Shown: one piece after another, positions 38,964 through 46,351 of the stretch | How positions within the stretch are numbered: position 1 is the first letter of the stretch | Layout: each line of letters opens with the position of its first letter | Origin: an uncultured Clostridia bacterium | GTDB taxonomy: Bacteria; Bacillota; Clostridia; Oscillospirales; QAKW01 | Direction: 5' to 3' | NCBI GenBank assembly: GCA_944385895.1 | Contig: CALWYZ010000011.1 | Span: forward strand, 1,173-65,172 | DNA: 64,000 nt | The notes under the pieces: generated by a model | Told to the model about the DNA's origin: nothing | Databases searched by the model: none | What the model saw: only the letters and a program-made list of their open reading frames with translations | Position numbers and translations under genes: made by a program

Positions 38964-38991
38964 ATTATATCATTTCTTATGGGTTTGTCAA
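38964..38991 (-). promoter_or_regulatory. dcw cluster promoter (extended -10)
   Basis: Minus strand: TTGACA (38991-38986), 16-nt spacer ending in TGa, TATAAT (38969-38964). Confidence 0.65.
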
Positions 38992-39135
38992 CAAGTTTAC
39001 CGATTTTTTAATATAAAAAAATGCGCCAATTTTCACCAAAAAAGACAAACAGACAGATACAAACTAAATATTACATTGAATATAAGTTTAAACAGCTTTA
39101 ATCGACACATAATATACGGATTTTTATTACAAGAC

Positions 39136-39164
39136 TTGACAATTTTAAAGTAAATGTATAGTAT
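39136..39164 (+). promoter_or_regulatory. sigma-A type promoter for the GH36-like gene
   Basis: TTGACA (39136-39141), 17 nt, TAGTAT (39159-39164). Confidence 0.55.
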
Positions 39165-39220
39165 TAAACCGATTTGATTGAAATAGTACTTTTAAAACAC
39201 AAACTATTGTAAAGATTAGG

Positions 39221-41278
39221 ATGCTGAGAATTAATAAATCATACACATATATTTTTTATTCTGAAAGGATAAAGGTCGTGAAAATACACGCCATATACGC
39301 CAATACCGAACTTGAGAGAAAGGCAATAACTCCTCAAATCACTGAAAGAAAACAAGCAAATCTTACTGCTGCATTAATAAATTACAAAAGCGATATGCCT
39401 TTGAATAAATTTTTCGCGATTGAAATTCTGTTGGATACACAAGGAATAACAGAATTTACAGCTATCAGCCGACACAGTGAATATTGGTGCAAGCCGGTAT
39501 TCTGCAAATCGGCAAGTGACATACCCGAAAATACTCAGTGTTTATTATGGCAAGGCGGGTGTTTGCTTCCTGTATGCGATAAAGAGTATTTAAGCATGAT
39601 ATCCGGAACAGAAGATGGTTATATAAAAATTACCCTGAATACATTTTGTGGGAATATATATAAGTGCGATACTCTTGCATACGTTTTGGGCACGGGAAAA
39701 GATACATATAAACTTATTAAAGATTGTACAGAATTTGCATTGGAAATCATGTGCTCTGATATTCCTCTTAGAGAACAAAGAGAATATCCTCAAATATTCG
39801 AATATCTTGGCTGGTGCAGCTGGGATGCATTTATGACCGGAGTATCCGAAAAAAAACTTATTCAAAAATGCACAGAATTTAAGGAAAAAAACATCCCTGT
39901 AAAATGGGCATTAATAGATGATATGTGGGCAGACTGTCCGGGACTAGATGAATCAGTAAATAAAGAGCGCAAAGAAATGATTGCAATCATGCACAAATGT
40001 AAGTTAAATTCCTTCAAAGCTGACGCCAAGCGTTTTCCCGATGGGCTTGAAGGATGTATAAAAAAGCTGCATGAAATGGGTATAAAGGTAGGAATATGGC
40101 ATCCTACGACAGGATATTGGGGCGGAATAACGGAAAACGGTGAAATAGACAAAACAATTCACAAAGCACTTATACATTCCCAAAAATACAGCAGCAGAAG
40201 AAACGATTACTCAAAAGAAAAATATCTCATCCATGCCCCTGATTACAAAAGTGCATATACATTTTATAATTCTTTTCACCGGTATCTTAAAAAATGCGGT
40301 GCCGACTTTGTCAAAGTGGATAACCAAAGTTTTACGCATATGTACTATCATGACATATTACCTATAGGAACTGCGGCAAAAAATATTCAAAAAGCCATTG
40401 ACCGATCTGCTCAGAAACATTTCAACGGAGCTTTAATAAACTGCATGGGAGCATCGTCGGAAAATATGTGGAACAGACCGTCAAGCTCTATAACCAGATG
40501 CAGCGATGATTTTCTGCCGGAAAATCGCGACTGGTTTACAAAACATATTCTGCAATGTGCTTTTAACAGTATGATACAGGGAGTTTTTTATGTCTGCGAC
40601 TGGGATATGTGGTGGACAGATGACTCACAGGCAGTAAAAAATTCAGTCCTCAGAGCGATAAGCGGGGGGCCTATATATACAAGTGATATGTTAGGCCGCA
40701 GCAGGCAGGAAATACTTTCACCCTTGTGTCTGTCAGACGGTAGAATACTGAGATGCGACCATCCCGCCGTACCTCTGGAAAAATGCGTTTACAGCGACCC
40801 GGAAATCAACAAGCATCCATTTATGCTGCAAAATACTGCTGATGGTCGAATATATGTAGCTGCATTTAATCTTGATAAAGATAACAATATTGTCAAAGAT
40901 ACATTATCAGTTGATGATACAAATCATACAGAACAAAACAGTTTTGTATTATACGAATACTTCAATAAAACAGCAAAAATTATAAATACGAACGAAAAGA
41001 CAGACATAGAATTAACCGACCGCGATGATTTTCGTCTATACAGTATTATTCCAAAAAGAAATATTACATTTATAGGACTCATAGATAAAATGATTCCTTC
41101 TCGCACTATCGAAGGTGAGACTGAAAGCAGTGTGATCCTCAAAGAAGGCGGAAAGCTCGCATTTGTAAGTGAAAACGATATAAATGCAGTGTTTTCAAAC
41201 GGAATGCAGGTACCGTTTGAAAAAAGCGGTATTCTTTATACCGTTAATGTTGAAGGCGGTGAAATTACTGTAAAATAA
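39221..41278 (+). CDS. glycoside hydrolase family 36-like protein (raffinose synthase / Sip1 type alpha-galactosidase family)
   Basis: YLGWCSWDAF, nucleophile context ADFVKVDNQS, acid/base context RCSDDF. The true start may be the GTG at 39278. Confidence 0.75.
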   Translation: MLRINKSYTYIFYSERIKVVKIHAIYANTELERKAITPQITERKQANLTAALINYKSDMPLNKFFAIEILLDTQGITEFTAISRHSEYWCKPVFCKSASDIPENTQCLLWQGGCLLPVCDKEYLSMISGTEDGYIKITLNTFCGNIYKCDTLAYVLGTGKDTYKLIKDCTEFALEIMCSDIPLREQREYPQIFEYLGWCSWDAFMTGVSEKKLIQKCTEFKEKNIPVKWALIDDMWADCPGLDESVNKERKEMIAIMHKCKLNSFKADAKRFPDGLEGCIKKLHEMGIKVGIWHPTTGYWGGITENGEIDKTIHKALIHSQKYSSRRNDYSKEKYLIHAPDYKSAYTFYNSFHRYLKKCGADFVKVDNQSFTHMYYHDILPIGTAAKNIQKAIDRSAQKHFNGALINCMGASSENMWNRPSSSITRCSDDFLPENRDWFTKHILQCAFNSMIQGVFYVCDWDMWWTDDSQAVKNSVLRAISGGPIYTSDMLGRSRQEILSPLCLSDGRILRCDHPAVPLEKCVYSDPEINKHPFMLQNTADGRIYVAAFNLDKDNNIVKDTLSVDDTNHTEQNSFVLYEYFNKTAKIINTNEKTDIELTDRDDFRLYSIIPKRNITFIGLIDKMIPSRTIEGETESSVILKEGGKLAFVSENDINAVFSNGMQVPFEKSGILYTVNVEGGEITVK

Positions 41279-41338
41279 ATCAGTTGTTTTATAGTTTAAA
41301 TATGCTGGTTTATATTGCAACAAACACAATATATAATA

Positions 41339-41374
41339 AAACCGGCTGATGAAAATATTTTTATCAGCCGGTTT
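41339..41374 (+). terminator. intrinsic terminator of the GH36-like gene, overlapping the 3' end of the convergent WYL gene
   Basis: AACCGGCTGAT-12 nt-ATCAGCCGGTT followed by TTTTGTTT. Confidence 0.65.
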
Positions 41375-42368
41375 TGTTTATATCATAATTACTGTATATT
41401 TTATAAATATAATCTTTAAATTCCTGTCTGACATCGGACGGTGATATAATTTTTATTTTATCACAAAGCCCGCACAGCCACGCAAAAAACTGAGGACTCA
41501 CCTGTACATTCACGGTAAAAGTAAAGCTGTCACCATTGGAAAATGTCATTATATCCGCACCGAAACGGTCTATCACAGCTCCTGCGAGCACATTTTTACA
41601 GCTTAGCGTCACCTTTTCCTTTCTGCCGCCAAACATTCCGAACAAGCTTTTGGAGTACACCGCTGTATCAAAGCCGTCACAGCCTTCCATCCCCTCTCGC
41701 GGTCTGTCGGTACAACATATGTCAAGCATTTTATCCACGCGGTAATGTCTTATCTGGTGTTCGTTTGCGTCTAAAGCTATCAGATAATAGTTTTCGTTAT
41801 CCCAACTTAGCGCAAGCGGGCTTGCCGTATACAGTGCACCGTTGCGGCGGAGTCTTTTTTTACAGTCGGATGTCCATTCAAAATATCTAAAGCTTATCAT
41901 GCGATTTTGAACAATACCCTCGTTTACCGCATCGACATTATAATAAATTGTTTCATTCATTGTCTTTATACGGCCGTGCACATATACCTGCCCCTGAAGT
42001 CCCCTGGCCTCATGCACACTGGCAAGTGATTCCAGTTTTTGTATCAGCTCGTCGGTCTTTTTCTGCGTTATGAATTTAGAGGATTGTACAGCATCAACCA
42101 GAAGTTTGAGCTCCGGAAGCTCAAAATCACGGGACAGAAGACGGTAACTGCTGTCGCCGGCAGATCTTGTCACGCCTATATCTGCGCCGTACACATCACG
42201 GAGAAGAGCAATATCCTCATAAATGGTTTTTCTCTCCGCTTTTATATCATATGACTGCAGATTCTTCAGTATCTGACGCATTGTAATACCGTGATCCTGA
42301 TCGGTATGCCGCTTTAATATATTATACAAGTACAAAATTTTCAGCTTTTGATTGCGCGATTTGGACAT
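41364..42368 (-). CDS. WYL domain-containing transcriptional regulator (HTH-WYL-WCX, YafY/PafBC/BrxR-like architecture)
   Basis: N-terminal HTH (KILYLYNILKRHTDQDHGITMRQILKNL). Central WYL-type segment (YYLIALDANEHQIRHYRVDKM). C-terminal extension. Confidence 0.8.
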   Translation of the reverse strand: MSKSRNQKLKILYLYNILKRHTDQDHGITMRQILKNLQSYDIKAERKTIYEDIALLRDVYGADIGVTRSAGDSSYRLLSRDFELPELKLLVDAVQSSKFITQKKTDELIQKLESLASVHEARGLQGQVYVHGRIKTMNETIYYNVDAVNEGIVQNRMISFRYFEWTSDCKKRLRRNGALYTASPLALSWDNENYYLIALDANEHQIRHYRVDKMLDICCTDRPREGMEGCDGFDTAVYSKSLFGMFGGRKEKVTLSCKNVLAGAVIDRFGADIMTFSNGDSFTFTVNVQVSPQFFAWLCGLCDKIKIISPSDVRQEFKDYIYKIYSNYDINKTG

Positions 42369-42397
42369 TGCTTCACATCCTTTGAATATTTAAACAA

Positions 42398-42426
42398 ATT
42401 CTACATTGTCAAAAGTCCCAAGTCAA
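42398..42426 (-). promoter_or_regulatory. sigma-A type promoter for the WYL regulator
   Basis: Minus strand: TTGACT (42426-42421), 17 nt, TAGAAT (42403-42398). Confidence 0.5.
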
Positions 42427-42452
42427 CAGCAATATTAACAAATAACTGTTGA
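42423..42452. promoter_or_regulatory. inverted repeat TCAACAG-N16-CTGTTGA spanning both divergent -35 boxes (candidate operator)
   Basis: Perfect 7-bp arms at 42423-42429 and 42446-42452. The context is AT-rich, so this could be a chance match. Confidence 0.3.
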
Positions 42453-42477
42453 TATTTAATAAAATATATGTTATGAT
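42449..42477 (+). promoter_or_regulatory. sigma-A type promoter for the tandem CNNM genes
   Basis: TTGATA (42449-42454), 17 nt, TATGAT (42472-42477). Confidence 0.5.
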
Positions 42478-42514
42478 GCTTTTCAAATTCATAAAAATCG
42501 GAGATGATCTGTTA

Positions 42515-43561
42515 ATGGACGATGGTCCTGTGCGATTATTTGCATTCATAATTTTATTTTTACTCAGCGCCTATTTTTCCGGCTCGGAAATATCATTGGC
42601 GTCGGTAAATAAAATACGTATTGCAAAACACGCTCAAAACGGCGATAAAGCCGCAAAGAGAGTTCTTTACCTGCTCGATAATTTTGATAAAGCGCTCTCA
42701 ACGCTTCTCATAGGCAACAACGTTGTAAATACCGGTATTGCGACGCTCTCAACGGTAGTTACCTATGATATTTTCAAAAACTCAACTAAAATACCGGAAT
42801 ACGCTGTGCCGCTGTGCACGATTGTTACGACAATCGCCGTTTTCTTTCTCGGCGAAATGATTCCCAAATGCTTTGCAAAAGCATGCAATGAAAAATTTGC
42901 AAAAGTGATTTCGGGATCACTTATCTTTTTAATGAAAGTGATGACTCCGATAAGCTTTTTCTTTTCTTTTCTCAGCCGGATAGCAAGCAAACCCTTTAAA
43001 CGCAAAGCCACTCAAACCCCTACCGTAACGGAAGATGAGCTCTATGATATAATAGAAACCTACGTCGAGGAAAATGATATTGGCAAAGACACGGAAGAAC
43101 TTGTCCAAAATGCTATTGAATTTTCCGAATCGACTGTCAAAGACGTTATGACACCATGGGATAAAGTCATAAGCATAAGCATAGACACGCCTGCGGATAC
43201 CGTTGCGCAGATATTGCGCGATTGCGGTCACTCCCGACTGCCTGTCACCGATTCACACGGACAAGTGATAGGAACGCTCGGTTTGCGTAAATTTTTAAAA
43301 AGATATATTCGGGATAAAAGTCTTGCAGACATACGTAAGCTTATGGATAAGCCGGAATTTATACCGGTGTCGACTCCTGTGGACGATCTGCTTTCCGCTT
43401 TGTCTCAAAAGCGCACTCATCTTGCATATATAACATCTGAAAATAAAACACTCGGCATTATCACCATCGAAGATATACTCGAAGAACTTGTAGGCGAAAT
43501 ATACGATGAGGAAGATACGGTCGCACAAGAGGATACGATCGGGGGTGGTGTCGTTGTTTAA
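42515..43561 (+). CDS. CNNM/hemolysin-family membrane protein (DUF21 + CBS pair, no CorC_HlyC domain)
   Basis: Four-TM DUF21 N-terminus with the GEMIPK motif and two CBS repeats. It ends right after CBS2. I prefer the ATG at 42515, because the track start at 42449 sits in the promoter -35. Confidence 0.82.
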   Translation: MDDGPVRLFAFIILFLLSAYFSGSEISLASVNKIRIAKHAQNGDKAAKRVLYLLDNFDKALSTLLIGNNVVNTGIATLSTVVTYDIFKNSTKIPEYAVPLCTIVTTIAVFFLGEMIPKCFAKACNEKFAKVISGSLIFLMKVMTPISFFFSFLSRIASKPFKRKATQTPTVTEDELYDIIETYVEENDIGKDTEELVQNAIEFSESTVKDVMTPWDKVISISIDTPADTVAQILRDCGHSRLPVTDSHGQVIGTLGLRKFLKRYIRDKSLADIRKLMDKPEFIPVSTPVDDLLSALSQKRTHLAYITSENKTLGIITIEDILEELVGEIYDEEDTVAQEDTIGGGVVV

Positions 43562-44819
43562 TTATATATTGATAATAATATTTGTTATTTGTTCGGCATT
43601 TTTCTCAGCATCAGAGATATCTTTTGCCTCGGCAAGCGAGGTCAGGCTGAAAAATAAAGCCGAAAACAATAATACCCTTGCCTCAAAACTTGCATATAAA
43701 ATATATTCAAACTACGAAAGCGTACTTGCCTCCGTTCTTATCGGAAACAATCTTGTCAATATTGCCTCGTCTTCGGTTGCAACGGTCATTATAATCGACC
43801 TGCTGGGCGAAAGCAATGCCTGGGTTGCAACTCTGGCAATGACAATTATTCTTCTTATTTTCGGAGAAATTCTGCCCAAGGTCGCTGCCAAGACGATACC
43901 CGATGAGGCTGCAGCATTTTTTGCAATACCGCTTTACGGGTTTACGGTCATTACAAAACCTCTTGTTTTTGTTGTCGATAAGATACTGGGGCTCGTTTCA
44001 AGACTATGGAAAAACCAGATTGACGACTCACCTGCTGTAACAGACGATGAGCTGGAAAGCATAATCGATACAGTCGAGGACGAAGGCGTAATTGATGAAG
44101 AAAAATGTGATCTCATACAGAGCGTATTCGATTTTGAGGACGTTCAGGCATATGAAGTGATTACTCCCAGAGTCGATATGCTTGCAATCGACGTTGACAG
44201 CTCAAGACAAGAAATGCTCGAGATTATCTGTTCTTCCAGCTTTTCGCGCATACCTGTTTACAGAGACACCATTGACAATATCATAGGCGTTTTGCATGTT
44301 AACCGAGTTTTAAAGGAATTATCAGCTGATATGAATTACAATATTTTATCAGCTCTTATGCCCGCTACTTTTGTATACAAAACAATGCCTCTTGACGATG
44401 TCCTAAAGCAGATGCAAAAGCAGAAAAATCATATGGCGATAGTCACTGACGAGTACGGCGGAGTTATGGGTATACTTACAATGGAAGATGTGTTAGAACA
44501 GCTTGTCGGAGATATCTGGGACGAAAGTGATACCATTGAACCGGAGATAGTACAGCTTGACAACGGAGAGTACGAAGTCGACGGCGACATGAGAATAGAA
44601 GACCTGTTTGACGAGCTCAACTTCAGCGATAAGGATTTTGACGACGATAATGCGACTGTAGGCGGGTTTGTAGTGGAGCTTTTGGAGCGCTACGCCCGCA
44701 AAAACGATGTAGCTTATTATAAAAACATCATGTTTACCGTACTCAAAACAAAAAAACACCGCGTCACTAAAATAAAAGTCACGATTTTACCCGCAGAAGA
44801 TGAAGAAACAGAAAACTAA
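43554..44819 (+). CDS. CNNM/hemolysin-family membrane protein (DUF21 + CBS pair + CorC_HlyC)
   Basis: DUF21 with GEILPK, a CBS pair, and a C-terminal CorC_HlyC-type domain (YEVDGDMRIEDL...TVGGFVVELL...). The start is ambiguous (GTG 43545/43548 or TTG 43554). It overlaps the upstream stop. Confidence 0.82.
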   Translation: MFNYILIIIFVICSAFFSASEISFASASEVRLKNKAENNNTLASKLAYKIYSNYESVLASVLIGNNLVNIASSSVATVIIIDLLGESNAWVATLAMTIILLIFGEILPKVAAKTIPDEAAAFFAIPLYGFTVITKPLVFVVDKILGLVSRLWKNQIDDSPAVTDDELESIIDTVEDEGVIDEEKCDLIQSVFDFEDVQAYEVITPRVDMLAIDVDSSRQEMLEIICSSSFSRIPVYRDTIDNIIGVLHVNRVLKELSADMNYNILSALMPATFVYKTMPLDDVLKQMQKQKNHMAIVTDEYGGVMGILTMEDVLEQLVGDIWDESDTIEPEIVQLDNGEYEVDGDMRIEDLFDELNFSDKDFDDDNATVGGFVVELLERYARKNDVAYYKNIMFTVLKTKKHRVTKIKVTILPAEDEETEN

Positions 44820-44821
44820 AT

Positions 44822-44859
44822 AAAAAATTCCGCAAAGGCTTCTCCTTTGCGGAATTTTT
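44822..44859. terminator. bidirectional terminator
   Basis: AAATTCCGCAAAGG-cttct-CCTTTGCGGAATTT with an A-run and a T-run. Confidence 0.75.
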
Positions 44860-44899
44860 ATATCAGCTTATTTAATCAAAAATTATATATCATTAATGA

Positions 44900-46258
44900 T
44901 TATTTATGCGATTCAAAGAACTGGCTTGAATAATACTTGCCCGTCTCCATCTCTGTTTCAAATCTATATTTCATAAGTTCACTTACCGTTACAAGCTGAT
45001 ATCCGTTTTCTATCAGCCATGGCACCAATTCCTCAACAGCTTGTGCAGTGGATTTATAAATGGAGTGCATAAGTATGACATCTCCGTCAAGATCACCCTC
45101 TGATTTGACCGAAGCGACAACCTTGTCTTTATCTCTGTTTTTCCAGTCGAGCGTGTCCACTGACCAGCCAATAAGATATTTGTCACAGTTTTCCTTAAGA
45201 TCCGAACCCACAGCGCCGTACGGAGGTCTGAGCAGTGTCGGCTTATACCCAAGTATCTCTTCAAAAACAGCATCCGTACTGGAAATCTCTTCTTTTATTT
45301 TGTCCACAGACGCGGTCTTTAAATTTTTATGAGAATAAGAATGACTTCCCATTTCACAGCCAAGCTGTGAGGCGCGCTGCATTGCCTGGGGAGCATTGTT
45401 CATTATACTGCCCAGGTCAAAGAAAGTCGCCACCGAATTATATGCCTCAAGAACGTCTAATATTTCATTTGTATAGGTCTTATTCGGACCGTCGTCAAAT
45501 GTAAGCGCGACAAGCTTTTTCGTTATATCCACAGTACGTACGCTGTCGTCCTGCGCAACAACTGCTTTTATACTGTCCGGAAGCGCAAAGCGTATTTTGG
45601 AATAAGGCACCTGTACAGTTATCTGCTCATCCAATGCAGATGTCAAAGCTTTGGAATCATATATAACGTCTATTCCCGTATCAGTATAAAGCAACTGATA
45701 ATCCTCACTGCTTCTAAGAGCATTTTTGTCTACAACTGAGCTGTACTGCTGATCTGCCATAATTAAATCCCTTGCGTTTATCAAAGTAATACGGCGCAGA
45801 GTATCAGCTATTTCAATAAGACCATTTGAATCAATGTTGAATGTTTTTATGTATCCGGTCTTATTTCCGCCAAGGATTTGCTGACAGTTAACCTCTATTC
45901 CGGTTATATCGTCAGATGCCTTATAAGACTTATAGCTTATAAACAGCTTGTCCTGATCGCTCATGGCTTTGGCGCGAAACTCGCTTTTCATCTTATCATA
46001 ATATGCGGAAACAGACAAGTCTGCATCCACGATCGCTATTGACGGTTTGGAAACGGCAACAGATCCGGTTTTTGAATACTCATAGGTAACCTTGGATTTT
46101 ACGACGCTCTGAGCATCGGAGAATGTGTCAAACCATTGATCAGCCTCCTGCTCAAAAACATCCTGCGGCTTGGGTGCACATCCGAAAACACACGTTGCAA
46201 ACAGCGACATTACCATAATAAAGCTTAAATATTTTTTAAATAAAGTTTTAATATGCAT
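44900..46258 (-). CDS. PdaC-like polysaccharide deacetylase lipoprotein (N-terminal DUF3298/DUF4163-like region + NodB domain)
   Basis: Lipobox ...ATCVFGC. C-terminal LVALTFDDGPN and GSHSYSH CE4 motifs. Confidence 0.8.
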   Translation of the reverse strand: MHIKTLFKKYLSFIMVMSLFATCVFGCAPKPQDVFEQEADQWFDTFSDAQSVVKSKVTYEYSKTGSVAVSKPSIAIVDADLSVSAYYDKMKSEFRAKAMSDQDKLFISYKSYKASDDITGIEVNCQQILGGNKTGYIKTFNIDSNGLIEIADTLRRITLINARDLIMADQQYSSVVDKNALRSSEDYQLLYTDTGIDVIYDSKALTSALDEQITVQVPYSKIRFALPDSIKAVVAQDDSVRTVDITKKLVALTFDDGPNKTYTNEILDVLEAYNSVATFFDLGSIMNNAPQAMQRASQLGCEMGSHSYSHKNLKTASVDKIKEEISSTDAVFEEILGYKPTLLRPPYGAVGSDLKENCDKYLIGWSVDTLDWKNRDKDKVVASVKSEGDLDGDVILMHSIYKSTAQAVEELVPWLIENGYQLVTVSELMKYRFETEMETGKYYSSQFFESHK

Positions 46259-46324
46259 CTCCTCCTTATTATTTTAAAAACAATTATACACCTATTGAAG
46301 CAATTTTTAAATACCTTTTTATAT

Positions 46325-46351
46325 AAAAAACGGGCATAATGCCCGTTTTTT
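46325..46351 (-). terminator. intrinsic terminator after htrA
   Basis: AAAAAACGGGCA-taa-TGCCCGTTTTTT. Confidence 0.75.

Noticed and set aside
42449-42514. N-terminal extension of the first CNNM ORF (track start at 42449).
   Set aside because: The alternative start codon coincides with the -35 hexamer of the best promoter. The DUF21 domain begins right after the ATG at 42515.
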